From the NCBI GenBank assembly GCA_040768745.1, contig JAXGMI010000001.1, positions 1,376,001-1,440,000 of the forward strand: a DNA stretch of 64,000 nt, written 5' to 3'. The notes below the pieces were generated by a model. That model made no database searches. It was not told the origin of the DNA and saw nothing but the letters and a program-made list of their open reading frames with translations. Origin of the DNA: Desulfomicrobium sp. (GTDB lineage: Bacteria; Desulfobacterota; Desulfovibrionia; Desulfovibrionales; Desulfomicrobiaceae). The first letter of the stretch is position 1, and each line of letters opens with the position of its first letter. A program made the translations under genes and the position numbers. Below are positions 9,349-20,102 of this stretch, piece by piece.

Positions 9349-10464
9349 ATGACTTTTCGGGCAACACGACTCATCGGTTTCATCGGTCTGTTCATGGCCG
9401 CGGCGTCCTTCCTGGCCGCAACGCAGTCCCCGGCGGGGGACAAGCTTCCGGAACTCAACGTGGGCTACATCTACACCACCCATCACTCGCCCTTCATCGT
9501 GGCCATGGCCAAGGGTGAGGAGTTCCGCGATTTCGGGGTGTACCTGCGTCCCGTCGTGGACAAGATGAAGTACGAGCTCATGGACGGCGACACGCCGCTG
9601 GCCCTGTTCAACATCATCGTCAACAAGAGCGGCGCCGAGACCACGACCATGTTCGCCCAGGGCAACATGGACATGGCCCTGGCCTCGGGCACGGCCATCA
9701 TGGCCGGCATCGACCAGGGCACGAAGATGAAGATCCTGTGCCCCACCCACGTCGACGGCATGAGCCTCGTCTTCCCGCCCCAGAGCACCCTGAGCGGCTG
9801 GGACCAGGTGGCCGCGCACATCAAGGCTGCCCAGCAGCCCGTCAAGATCGGCTACCATTCCCCGACCAGCGCCCCGCGCATCGTCATCGAGGGCGCCCTG
9901 AAACAGGCCGGCTTCACGGTCACCCAGGACGCCAACCAGCAGCACGCCGACGTGCTGCTCGTGGACCTGAAGGACACAGCCAACTTCATCCCGGCCCTGA
10001 CCAGCGGGCAGGTGGACGCCTGGGTCGGGCCTGCGCCGCATCCCGAGGTCTCCGAGATGAAGAAGGTCGGGCACATCGCCCTGGACCTGCGCGACCTGCC
10101 GCCCGCCGGCGCCTGGCACAACTTCCCCTGCTGCGTGCTGGCCGCCAGGGACGAGGTCATCGCCGCCAATCCGGTCGCGGTCGGCAAGACCGTCGAACTG
10201 CTGGGGAAGAGCGCCGAGTGGTGCAACGGACACAAGGCGGAGGAGGGCAAGGCCATGGCGGCCTGGACCGGCTCGCCGGCCGAAGCCGTCGAAAAGTCCA
10301 ACATCGTTTTCACCACCGCGGCCACGGAAAACTGGATGAAGGGCCAGGGCACGTATCTGGACATGCTCAATTCCATGGACAAGTTCCGGGGGCAGCTCAA
10401 GGGCAAGACCCTGCACGAAGCCCAGGACGTCCTCTTCGATCTCCGCTTCACGACCACGAAATAA
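9349..10464 (+). CDS. ABC transporter substrate-binding protein (NitT/TauT/NMT1-like)
   Basis: Signal peptide, GQVDAWVGPAP, FPCCVL; first of an SBP-permease-ATPase trio; AAGGAG RBS. Confidence 0.8.
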   Translation: MTFRATRLIGFIGLFMAAASFLAATQSPAGDKLPELNVGYIYTTHHSPFIVAMAKGEEFRDFGVYLRPVVDKMKYELMDGDTPLALFNIIVNKSGAETTTMFAQGNMDMALASGTAIMAGIDQGTKMKILCPTHVDGMSLVFPPQSTLSGWDQVAAHIKAAQQPVKIGYHSPTSAPRIVIEGALKQAGFTVTQDANQQHADVLLVDLKDTANFIPALTSGQVDAWVGPAPHPEVSEMKKVGHIALDLRDLPPAGAWHNFPCCVLAARDEVIAANPVAVGKTVELLGKSAEWCNGHKAEEGKAMAAWTGSPAEAVEKSNIVFTTAATENWMKGQGTYLDMLNSMDKFRGQLKGKTLHEAQDVLFDLRFTTTK

Positions 10465-10516
10465 CCACGACCGCCGGCTCCCCGTGCGGGGGTCGGCGGA
10501 TTCCCGGTATCCGCAG

Positions 10517-11350
10517 ATGCACACATTCTCCCACCGAGTTCTGGCCCTGGCCACCCTGGCCGCTTTCCTGGTCATCTGGGCCTGGGCCGCCTCCGTCATC
10601 GGCAACAGCGTCATCCTGCCCACCGTCGGCCAGGTCGCCGCGCTGCTCGCCAGCCCCGGCCAGGACCTGCTCAGCATGGGCTCGCTGCTGACCAACATCG
10701 GGGTCAGCCTGCTGCGGGTGCTGCTGGGCTACGGCGTGGCCGTGGTCGTCGGCATCCCCCTGGGAATCGGCATGGGCTACTACAGCGTGATGCACACCAT
10801 GCTCGGCGACTTCCTCAATCTTTTCCGCCCCATCCCGCCCCTGGCCTGGGTGCCCCTGGTCATGGCCTGGTTCGGCATCGCCAGCCTGGCCGATCTGTTC
10901 GGCGTCGACCGGGGCCAGTGGTTCGTCTATCTGAGCAATTTCAAGTATTCGATGATCTTCATCATCTTCATCGGCGCCTTCTACCCGGTGCTGACCAGCA
11001 GCATCCACGGCGTGCGCAACGCCAACCGCGTCTTCATCGACACGGCCAGGGTTCTGGGCGCGAGCCAGTTCGACATCTTCCGCAAGATCCTCCTGCCGGC
11101 CGCCATGCCGTCCATGGTCAACGGCATGCGCATCGGCCTGGGCGTGGCCTGGATGTGCCTGGTCTCGGCCGAGATGCTGCCGGGCAGCATCTCGGGGGTG
11201 GGCTACCTCATCACCCACGCCTACACCATGGCATCAACGGACATCGTCGTGGCCGGCATGGTCGGAATCGGCCTGACCGGGGCCCTCATGGACTGGCTCT
11301 TCCGCCGCGTGGAGCGCCGTTGCTTCTCGTGGCAGCGCCTGGCGAGGTAA
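10517..11350 (+). CDS. ABC transporter permease (NitT/TauT family)
   Basis: RPIPPLAWVPL, EAA-like loop TARVLGAS, VSAEML. Confidence 0.9.
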   Translation: MHTFSHRVLALATLAAFLVIWAWAASVIGNSVILPTVGQVAALLASPGQDLLSMGSLLTNIGVSLLRVLLGYGVAVVVGIPLGIGMGYYSVMHTMLGDFLNLFRPIPPLAWVPLVMAWFGIASLADLFGVDRGQWFVYLSNFKYSMIFIIFIGAFYPVLTSSIHGVRNANRVFIDTARVLGASQFDIFRKILLPAAMPSMVNGMRIGLGVAWMCLVSAEMLPGSISGVGYLITHAYTMASTDIVVAGMVGIGLTGALMDWLFRRVERRCFSWQRLAR

Positions 11351-11354
11351 AAAG

Positions 11355-12137
<783 letters not shown>

Positions 12138-12224
12138 GCACGGGATCATCGCGGGCGAAGCGGGCGCTTCGGACCCGCGTCACGTTCACAGACTGTTGCG
12201 TTCAACCCCAACCAGGAGGCTTGT

Positions 12225-12434
12225 ATGCGTTACGGAGCACGGAACCAGATCAAGGCCAAGGTCGTGTCGGTCAAGAAGGGCGACGTCATGTCCCAGGTGC
12301 GCTTCACTGTGGAGAATCCCCATGAGATGCAGTCGGTCCTGACCACCGAGTCCGTTGAGGACCTCGACCTCAAGCCCGGCGAGACCGTCCTGCTGGCGGT
12401 CAAGGCCGTCCACGTCATCCCGATCAAGGAATGA
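12225..12434 (+). CDS. TOBE/Mop-domain (molybdate/tungstate-binding type) protein
   Basis: GARNQIKAKV...SVLTTESVEDLDLKPGETVLLAVKA; AGGAGG RBS. Confidence 0.85.
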   Translation: MRYGARNQIKAKVVSVKKGDVMSQVRFTVENPHEMQSVLTTESVEDLDLKPGETVLLAVKAVHVIPIKE

Positions 12435-12494
12435 CCAGCAGGCGGACATGGGCGACCGTGTCCGCCTGCCGTCCTTCCGCCGCGCCCTCCCCGC

Positions 12495-13259
12495 CTAGAA
12501 CGACTCCAGCCTTTCGCGCAGCGCCGAATCGCTGCCTTCGATATCCCGTGGAGCAAGGCGGCCGTGAATCGTCTTGTCCCGCAGGACGAGGATGTCGTCC
12601 GCCTGCCGGACCGCGAAGTCCGCACCGTGGGAGACGACCACCATCGTGTAGCGCCCCTTCAGGCTCGTCAGCAGTTCCTCGATGCCCTTGGCCGCGGTGT
12701 AGTCCAGGGACGAGGTCGGCTCGTCCAGCAACAGGACCTGCGGGTTCATGGCCAGGGCGCGGGCCAGGCAGAGCCGCTGCTGCTGCCCCCCCGAAAGGGT
12801 CCGGGCGTCGGCCCCGAGGCGGTCCGACACCTCGTCCCACAGGCGGGCTTCCTCCAAGGCCATTCTCGCCGCCTCCCGGGCCTGTCCGCGCGTGAACCCG
12901 TGCACGGTGACCAGAGGCATGGCGATGTTGTTCTCGATGCTCATGGGCAGGACGTTGGGGTGCTGGAAGACCATGCCGACCAGCCGCCGCAGTTCGGGCA
13001 GGGGAAGTTCGTCGTCGTAGGTCCGGACGACCCTGTCGTCGAGATGCAGGAGCACCTCGCCGGTCGTCCTGCAGCCGGGAAAACACTCGTTCAGACGGTT
13101 CAGGATGCGCAGGAACGTGGTCTTGCCCGAGCCGGAGCGCCCCATGACGAAGGTCGCCGCCCCCTTCGAGATCTCGACGTTCAATCCCGCGAGAATCTCT
13201 CGGCCGGCCAGGATCACCCCGACGTCGCGTAGCGTGAAAACAGGATTCAGCGTCTCCAA
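12495..13259 (-). CDS. PstB-like ABC ATP-binding protein
   Basis: GRSGSGKTT, LRILNRLNE, LSGGQQQRLCLAR, DEPTSSLD; TTG start inferred from GGAGAG RBS overlapping the permease end. Confidence 0.85.
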   Translation of the reverse strand: METLNPVFTLRDVGVILAGREILAGLNVEISKGAATFVMGRSGSGKTTFLRILNRLNECFPGCRTTGEVLLHLDDRVVRTYDDELPLPELRRLVGMVFQHPNVLPMSIENNIAMPLVTVHGFTRGQAREAARMALEEARLWDEVSDRLGADARTLSGGQQQRLCLARALAMNPQVLLLDEPTSSLDYTAAKGIEELLTSLKGRYTMVVVSHGADFAVRQADDILVLRDKTIHGRLAPRDIEGSDSALRERLESF

Positions 13260-15046
13260 TTTCTCTCCATTCCGGTTTGCAGGGCGCGGGCGCACCCGTA
13301 CAGCAGGACCGTCAGACCGAGCAGGGTCAGGGCGGCGCCGAAGCCTTTGTTCAGGTCGGCCCGGCTCTGGTATTGGCCGGCCAGGTAGTAGATGGTGAAC
13401 GGCAATGCCTCGAATTTCTCGAAGAGCCCCCTTGGCAGCCCGCCGGTGGCCACCACCCCGGTCAGCAGGATGACGGCCGTGTCCTCGGCCGCACGGCCCA
13501 TGGACAGGACGACGCCTCCGAGCATCCCCGGGCTGGCGGCCGGCAGTAGGATGCGGCGCAGGCTCTGCCAGCTCGTCATGCCCAGGCTCGGGCCCAGCAG
13601 GCGCAGGTCCTCGGGCAGACTCTCCAGGGCCTGGGCCGTGGCGTTGACGGTGTACGGCAGGACGAGCAGCGCGATGCACACGGCCGAGAGGAGCAGGCAG
13701 GTGTTGGATTCGGGGGCGACAGTGTGCCGCAGGAAGATGATCAGGGAAAAACCGAACAGCCCCATGACGATGGACGGTACCCCGGCCAGGGCGTTGGCCG
13801 AGAAGCCCAGCGCCCTGCCCCATGGGCCGTGGAGGTACTGCGACAGGGCGATGCCGCCCCCGATGCCGGCGGGGATGGCCATGAGCGAGGCCAGGACGAC
13901 CAGGACCACTGTCCCGGCGCAGGCGGAGAAAAGGCCATCCCAGACCGGTTCGCGGCCAAGGATGGCGGCCAGCGCCGGCGCGTCGCCGAAAAAGAGCCGC
14001 AGGTCCATGACGGGCAGGCTCCGGACCAACAGGAAAACGAGCAGTGCGCCGATGGCCCCAATCACCAGGGCGCTGGACAGTGCCGACCAGGCGAAGATGA
14101 ATGCGCGGCACCAGGGCCGGGCGGCCAGGAACGCGAGCAGGGTCAGCCGTCGGCCCTCGACAAGCCTGACGTTGTTCCCGGCGCGCACGGCCGCCTGCAC
14201 GGCCAGGCTGACGGAAAACAGGATCAGTCCGCAGGCGAAGAGGGAATGAAAGGCCGGCGAGCTGTTGTCCGTGGCCACCACCAGGGCAATGTGCGCCGTC
14301 AGGGTGCGCACGGAATCGAAGAACGAGTCGGGGAACTGCGGCGCGTTGCCGGCCAGCATCAGGGGGATGAGGGTGTCGCTCAGGGCCCGGCAGTAGCCCA
14401 TGATGGCCGCGGTGCGCAGCCCTGCGCCCGAGCCCGGCAGAACGACCAGGAGCAGGGCCTGCAGCGGGGAGAAGCCAAGGCTGGCGCTGGTCAGGCGGGT
14501 CCGGGCCTCGGCTTCACGCATGGCCTCATGCAGAAAAAGGACGACCGTCGGCAGCACGAGCAGGGCCAGGGTCAGGCCGGCGGCCAGCAGGGACGGTCCG
14601 CTGCCACCCAGGACCTTCTTGACCAGGGGGATGAGCAGGAAGACGGACACGAAGCCGTAGACCACCGTCGGGATGGCCGTCATGAACGTGACCACGGCCA
14701 GGGTCGCGCGTCGGAGCGCCCCGCCCCACGGTCCGCAGATGAAGAGGCAGACGCCGATGCCTACCGGATAGGTCAGTGTGAAGGCCGACACGCTCAGGGC
14801 CAGGGAGCCGACGACCATGGGCAGGACGCCGTAGAGCCCCTGGTACGGACGCCATGTCGCCGACAAGATCTGGCCCCATTGCCCCTGGACGAAAAGGGGC
14901 AGGCTCAGCACCGCCAGAAAGACGAAGATGGCGGCCAGGGTGGCCAGGGAGACGAAACCCGCCCCGCAGGACACGAACCTGGCCGCGCGATCGAAAAAAA
15001 ACTGCCGGCGGAAGATGTTCCGCCGACAGGTCGATTCCAGATTCAT
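13247..15046 (-). CDS. Fused PstC-PstA-like ABC permease
   Basis: Two BPD transport repeats (AIPTVVYGF; GVPSIVMGLFG, GRAAEDTA). Confidence 0.85.
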   Translation of the reverse strand: MNLESTCRRNIFRRQFFFDRAARFVSCGAGFVSLATLAAIFVFLAVLSLPLFVQGQWGQILSATWRPYQGLYGVLPMVVGSLALSVSAFTLTYPVGIGVCLFICGPWGGALRRATLAVVTFMTAIPTVVYGFVSVFLLIPLVKKVLGGSGPSLLAAGLTLALLVLPTVVLFLHEAMREAEARTRLTSASLGFSPLQALLLVVLPGSGAGLRTAAIMGYCRALSDTLIPLMLAGNAPQFPDSFFDSVRTLTAHIALVVATDNSSPAFHSLFACGLILFSVSLAVQAAVRAGNNVRLVEGRRLTLLAFLAARPWCRAFIFAWSALSSALVIGAIGALLVFLLVRSLPVMDLRLFFGDAPALAAILGREPVWDGLFSACAGTVVLVVLASLMAIPAGIGGGIALSQYLHGPWGRALGFSANALAGVPSIVMGLFGFSLIIFLRHTVAPESNTCLLLSAVCIALLVLPYTVNATAQALESLPEDLRLLGPSLGMTSWQSLRRILLPAASPGMLGGVVLSMGRAAEDTAVILLTGVVATGGLPRGLFEKFEALPFTIYYLAGQYQSRADLNKGFGAALTLLGLTVLLYGCARALQTGMERNWRR

Positions 15047-15050
15047 GCCG

Positions 15051-15881
15051 CTACTTGATGGGGATGTAGCCGGCCTTGGAAATGATGTCCGTGCACTCCG
15101 GCCCCGTGACGTAGTCGATGAAGAGCTTCGTCAGGCCCTGGGGCTGGCCCTTGGTGTTCATGAACAGCTTGCGGGCGACCTTGTAGGCGCCGGATTTGGC
15201 GTTGTCCTGGGAAGGCTCCACGCCGTCCAACTTGGGCGCCTTGACCTCGGCGTCCACGAAACCGATGCTCATGTAGCCGATGGCCTGGGCATCCTGGGAC
15301 ACGGCGACCTTCATGGCCCCGTTGGAGGCGACCACGTTGGCCTTGTCGGCGATGGCGCCCTTCTTGAGCAGCTTCTCCCAGAACACCTCGCGCGTTCCGC
15401 TGGCCTCATCGCGCGTGTAGAGGGTGATGGCCGCGTCGGCGCCGCCCACTTCCTTCCAGTTGGCGATCTTGCCCGCGAAGATGTCCTGCACCTGGGCGGC
15501 GGTCAGTTCGGCTACGCCGTTGGCCGGGTTCAGGATCACGGTCACGCCGTCCACGGCGAAGGGGAAGGACACGAGCCCGTACTTGGCCACCTCGTCCTCG
15601 GACAGGGCGCGGCCCGTGTTGCCGATGTCCACCAGCCCCTCGCCGGCCTTCTGCACTCCCACGCCGGTGCCGCCGCCTTCGACGGTGATGCGGATGTCTG
15701 GGTTCGCGGTCATGATGCGCTTGGCCGCCTCGTTCATGACCGGGATGTGCGCCGTGCCGCCGGCGATGTCGATCTTGCCCTTCTGCCCGGCGAACTGCTG
15801 GAGCATGTCGGCGCCAGCCGTGCCGCATACGAGGAAAAGAGCCGCCAGGGCAACGAGTACGCAATGCATGGAACGTTTCAT
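15051..15881 (-). CDS. PstS-like oxyanion-binding periplasmic protein
   Basis: Signal peptide, GGGTGVG, DIGNTGR, RDEASGTREVF. Confidence 0.85.
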   Translation of the reverse strand: MKRSMHCVLVALAALFLVCGTAGADMLQQFAGQKGKIDIAGGTAHIPVMNEAAKRIMTANPDIRITVEGGGTGVGVQKAGEGLVDIGNTGRALSEDEVAKYGLVSFPFAVDGVTVILNPANGVAELTAAQVQDIFAGKIANWKEVGGADAAITLYTRDEASGTREVFWEKLLKKGAIADKANVVASNGAMKVAVSQDAQAIGYMSIGFVDAEVKAPKLDGVEPSQDNAKSGAYKVARKLFMNTKGQPQGLTKLFIDYVTGPECTDIISKAGYIPIK

Positions 15882-16038
15882 TTCAGCCTCCCATTGAAAA
15901 ATATATTTGAAGTTCTGTTATCCCATCCGAATGATTGGGACAAATAGTTACGTCAAATCTGACGACCCGTTTTGCATCGAAAAAATCGATCACATCGAGC
16001 ATGCGGAAGCGTTCCGCCCCATCAAAGTCCCCCGCTCT

Positions 16039-16818
16039 CTACGCGCTTTCCAGGGCCAGTTTCTCGCCCCACAGGGCCGCGCCCAGAGCACCAGTCATGT
16101 CGGGTTCCTCGGGGACAAGCAGGGTCTCGCCTTCAACGGTGCCGGTCTGCTCGGCCAGCAGCCTGCGCATGCACGGGTTGTGCGCCACGCCGCCGACGAA
16201 CACGAGAGGAAGGTTCAGCCCGACACGCTGCAGCATGTTCACGGTACGCCGGACGATGGACAGATGCAGGCCCAGGGCGATGTTCTCGGGGCGGACCCCC
16301 TGGGCCATGAGGGACGTGGCCTCGGTTTCGGCGAAGACCGTGCACATGGAGTTGATGATGGGCGGAGCGTCCCCGAAGAGGGCGTAGAGGCCGAATTCCT
16401 GCACAGGAATCTGGAAGATCTGGGCCGTGTATTCCAGGAACTTGCCCGTGCCCGCCGCGCAGCGGTCGTTCATCTCGAACTTGCCCACGCGCCCGCCGGG
16501 CAGCAGGGCGATGGCCTTGGTGTCCTGGCCGCCGATGTCCAGCAAGGTGCGAGCCTCGGGGTAATGCCGTGCCGCGCCCAGGCCGTGGGCCTTGATCTCG
16601 GTGATGGTCTCCACCGGAAAACCCAAATCCAGGTCCTGAACCAGCTTGCGGCCGTAGCCCGTGGCCACGGCCCGGCGCGCCGAGAGGCCGTCCAGGAGCG
16701 CGCGCAGTTGGGCCACGGGGTTGAAGGTGGTGGGGGCGCGGCGTTTTTCCACCACCTCGTCCCCGGCCATGCCGACCACTTCGATGGATCGGGAGCCGAT
16801 GTCGATGCCCAGGATCAT
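16039..16818 (-). CDS. ATP-dependent activase (HgdC/BadF-BadG family; DCCP-reductase type)
   Basis: GIDIGS, ATGYGR, DIGGQDTK, MNDRCAAGTG, SMCTVFAE. Confidence 0.9.
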   Translation of the reverse strand: MILGIDIGSRSIEVVGMAGDEVVEKRRAPTTFNPVAQLRALLDGLSARRAVATGYGRKLVQDLDLGFPVETITEIKAHGLGAARHYPEARTLLDIGGQDTKAIALLPGGRVGKFEMNDRCAAGTGKFLEYTAQIFQIPVQEFGLYALFGDAPPIINSMCTVFAETEATSLMAQGVRPENIALGLHLSIVRRTVNMLQRVGLNLPLVFVGGVAHNPCMRRLLAEQTGTVEGETLLVPEEPDMTGALGAALWGEKLALESA

Positions 16819-18092
16819 TTCAGGGTTTCCAGGAAGGCTTCGACACGAGTCTTGAGCTGCTCCACGTCCTCCATGGAATAGTCCGTCTCCAGGGACATGC
16901 TCGGGATGTTGCCGGCCGTGAGCCGCTTCTCGACCTTGATGCCCTCGTGGGCATAGGGCTGGCAGAACATCAGGGCGTACTGGATGACGCCGTCGACCTT
17001 CAGGTCGCGGGCCATGGACTCGACGTTGTCCAGGCGCTCGGCGTTGGGCGTGAAGCAGGCGCAGTCGATCTTCATGTAGCGGTCGCACAGGGCGTCGATC
17101 ATCTGCTCCAGGGTCCGGCAGGACTCGTCCGTCAGGTCTCGGGTGTTGCGCGTGCCGATGCACGACTCCTCGCCGACGATGACCGCGCCGGAACTCTCGA
17201 TGATGTAGGGCAGCTTCCAGTTGGGCACGGCCATGGGACAGCCCGAGAGCATGACCCGCGGGGCGTCCGCCGGGGCCACGCCATCGCCGGCCTTGATGCG
17301 CTCTTCGAGCTGGTCGCAGAGAGTGTTTACGGATGCGGTGAAACGGACCGGGTCGTCGTAGAAGCTGACCTGGTTGATGAGCAGCACGTCGCGGCCCGAG
17401 ATGGGCGCGGGCACGGCGGCGCGAAGACGATTGAGGCGCTGCAGGGCGCGGCGGCGGTCGTTGACGGTCTTGATGGCCCCGGCCAGATTCTCCGCCGTTA
17501 CCTTCTTTCCTGTCAGTTCCTCAAGCTTCTCCATGTAGCGTAGCACCTCGGCCTTCCACAGGGCACGGGCCGATACGGTCTTGGTCTGGGGCACTTCCAT
17601 GATGTGCATGGGCGCGTGTTCGGCGAAGGCCTCGTATGCCTTCTTTTTGCCGTCGCAGGTGGTCTCGCCGACGATCAGGTCGCAGGACTCGGTGTAGGGG
17701 CACAGCCGCGCCAGCTTGAAACCGATGAAGGATTTGATCAGCGCGCAAGTGTTGCGCGGCACGAGCGTCTCGGCCGCCTCGCGGCCCGCGTCGGCCCCGG
17801 CGCACAGGCCGACCTGCACGGCGTCGACCGCCAGGGCCAGCTCCTCGGGCACGAAGACGCAGAAGGTGCCGACGATTTTGCGTCCCTGGGCCTTGGCGTC
17901 CTGCAGTTCCTTGATGCGCAGGCCGTGCACCTCGGACAGAACAAAGTCGAGGTACTCCATCCCCTTGAGCCGTCCTTGCTGGCTCATGTAGATATCCCCA
18001 TAGAACTTGCCCAGAACGGACAGGAGTCCGTCATGGGCGGCCAGGTCCAGATTCAGGTTCTCCCACATCTCCCGGTACGCTTCGTTGGTCAT
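16815..18092 (-). CDS. Double-cubane-cluster-type reductase, 2-hydroxyacyl-CoA dehydratase family (paralog 2)
   Basis: FCVFVP, GLCAG, TCALIKS, LCPY, ETTCDGKKK, ESCIG, DCACFTPN, FCQPY; stop overlaps activase start. Confidence 0.85.
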   Translation of the reverse strand: MTNEAYREMWENLNLDLAAHDGLLSVLGKFYGDIYMSQQGRLKGMEYLDFVLSEVHGLRIKELQDAKAQGRKIVGTFCVFVPEELALAVDAVQVGLCAGADAGREAAETLVPRNTCALIKSFIGFKLARLCPYTESCDLIVGETTCDGKKKAYEAFAEHAPMHIMEVPQTKTVSARALWKAEVLRYMEKLEELTGKKVTAENLAGAIKTVNDRRRALQRLNRLRAAVPAPISGRDVLLINQVSFYDDPVRFTASVNTLCDQLEERIKAGDGVAPADAPRVMLSGCPMAVPNWKLPYIIESSGAVIVGEESCIGTRNTRDLTDESCRTLEQMIDALCDRYMKIDCACFTPNAERLDNVESMARDLKVDGVIQYALMFCQPYAHEGIKVEKRLTAGNIPSMSLETDYSMEDVEQLKTRVEAFLETLK

Positions 18093-18334
18093 CGCTACCT
18101 CCATGGCAAATTTCCCATTCTTTGCTGGAAAGCGGCTTATGAATCAAATCAAAATATTGGATTTGTTAGCAGAGAAAAGATCGAATCTGTCGATGAAACG
18201 TTGGTGGGAGCGAGGGTATCGGTCAATGATACAGGATGGCGCAAAAAAGTCGTTTCCAGGATCGGCTTTTGGCGAAAAAATGAACGCCATGTTCTCTCAC
18301 GGTGCTTTTCAGGCCGGGTCGGATTGATGTTGCA

Positions 18335-18363
18335 GCCGCCTGCTTCAAAATGAAGCAGGCGGC
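18335..18363. terminator. Hairpin downstream of the lactate permease
   Basis: gccgcctgcttca-aaa-tgaagcaggcggc. Confidence 0.6.
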
Positions 18364-18420
18364 CAGGAGGGAAGGGCGGCTGGAATGGCTGCGTCTATGG
18401 CATCGCCTGATGCCGGGGGA

Positions 18421-20049
18421 CTAGGGCAGCATCCAGCTCAAGGGGTATGCCTGAAGATAGGTCAGCACGCTGATAAAGATGATCATCGCGATGGAGTGCT
18501 TCAGGGTGAAGAGGAAGAGGTTGCCTTCCTCGCCGACCATATTGGCCGCGGCCGTGGCCACGGAGATGGACTGCGGGGAGATCATCTTGCCGGTGACGCC
18601 GCCTGAGGAGTTGGCTGCCACGCACAGTTCCGGGGACACGCCGATCTGCTGGGCGGTGGTCATCTGCAGGTTGCCGAAGAGCAGGTTGGAGGACGTGTCG
18701 GAGCCGGTCAGGAACACGCCCAGCCAGCCGATGACCGGCGAGAAGAGCGGGAAGAAGTGGCCGGTCTGGGCGAAGGCCAGGCCCAGGGTGGAGCTCATGC
18801 CGGAGTAGTTCATGAGGTAGGCCAGGCCCACGATCATGGCGATGGTCACGATGGGGAAGCGCAGTTGCACCACGGTCTTGCCGAAGCAGGACACGGCGCG
18901 GCCGACGCCGTAATTGGGCAGCACGGCCAGGGACAGGATGCCGGCGATGAGGACGGCGGTGCCGGGGGAGGTCAGGTAGTTGAACTTGTACATGGCCTTG
19001 TAGACGGTGTCCTGGGCCACGACGGGCACGGTCTTGCTGATCAGGGAGTCGAGGCCCGGCCAAGCGAAGGTGATGACGGTGGACTTCATCATGTCCTGTA
19101 CGGGCTTGAGGCCCCAGATGAAGACCATGGCGGCGAGGATGACCCAGGGCATCCAGGCGCGGATGACATCACCCTGGGAGTAGTTGCAGACGGACTTGCC
19201 GGTGGAGGCGGGCTCGTTGGGAAAGCGCCAGATGCTCTTGGGCTGCCAGACCTTCAGGAACATGCCCAGACCGACGATGGTGGCGATGGCCGAGAGGACG
19301 TCGGGGAGCATGGGGCCGACGAAATTGGAGGTCACGAACTGGGTCACGGCGAAGCACAGGCCGGCCACGATGCAGGCGGGCAGCACTTCCATGGAGCGCT
19401 TGAAGCCGCACATGGTCACGGACAGCCACAGGGGCACGATGATGGACAGGAAGGGCAGCTGGCGGCCGGTGATGGCGCTGATGTGCATGACGTCGAGCTT
19501 GGTCAGCTCGGCCACGGCGATGATCGGAATCCCTAAGGCGCCGAAGGCCACGGGCGCGGTGTTGGCGATCAGGCACAGGCCGGCGGCGTAGAGGGGGTTG
19601 AAGCCCAGGCCGACGAGCATGGCCGCGGTGATGGCCACGGGGGTGCCGAAGCCGGCGGTGCCTTCGATGAAGGAGCCGAAGGCGAAGGCGATGAAGATGG
19701 CCTGGAGGCGGCGGTCTTCAGTGATGGTGGCCAGGGAGCTCTTGATGATCTCGAACTGTCCGCTCTCGACGGTCATGTTGTAGACCCAGATGGCCGTGAC
19801 GACGATCCAGACGATGGGGAAGATGCCGACGCCGGCGCCGTAGACGAAGGATGAGGCGGCCAGCTGGACGGGCATGCCCCAGACAGCCACGCCCACGATC
19901 AGGGCGCCGAGCACTGCCAGGCCTGCGGCGAAATGCCCTTTTGCTCTTTTCACCGCAAGCATGAAAAAGAGGATGTAAAGCGGAATTGCCGCAACAAGGG
20001 CAGATCCCACAATACTGTTAAAGGGGTCATAAACCTGAATCCAATTCAT
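18421..20049 (-). CDS. lctP: L-lactate permease (LctP family)
   Basis: EGTAGFGTPVAI, ANTAPVAFGALG, GVFLTGSDTSSN, GKMISPQS. Confidence 0.92.
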   Translation of the reverse strand: MNWIQVYDPFNSIVGSALVAAIPLYILFFMLAVKRAKGHFAAGLAVLGALIVGVAVWGMPVQLAASSFVYGAGVGIFPIVWIVVTAIWVYNMTVESGQFEIIKSSLATITEDRRLQAIFIAFAFGSFIEGTAGFGTPVAITAAMLVGLGFNPLYAAGLCLIANTAPVAFGALGIPIIAVAELTKLDVMHISAITGRQLPFLSIIVPLWLSVTMCGFKRSMEVLPACIVAGLCFAVTQFVTSNFVGPMLPDVLSAIATIVGLGMFLKVWQPKSIWRFPNEPASTGKSVCNYSQGDVIRAWMPWVILAAMVFIWGLKPVQDMMKSTVITFAWPGLDSLISKTVPVVAQDTVYKAMYKFNYLTSPGTAVLIAGILSLAVLPNYGVGRAVSCFGKTVVQLRFPIVTIAMIVGLAYLMNYSGMSSTLGLAFAQTGHFFPLFSPVIGWLGVFLTGSDTSSNLLFGNLQMTTAQQIGVSPELCVAANSSGGVTGKMISPQSISVATAAANMVGEEGNLFLFTLKHSIAMIIFISVLTYLQAYPLSWMLP

Positions 20050-20102
20050 AGAAGCTCCAAATGCGTTAAAGATTGTGCCAAATTATCCCCAAAACAGAAG
20101 CG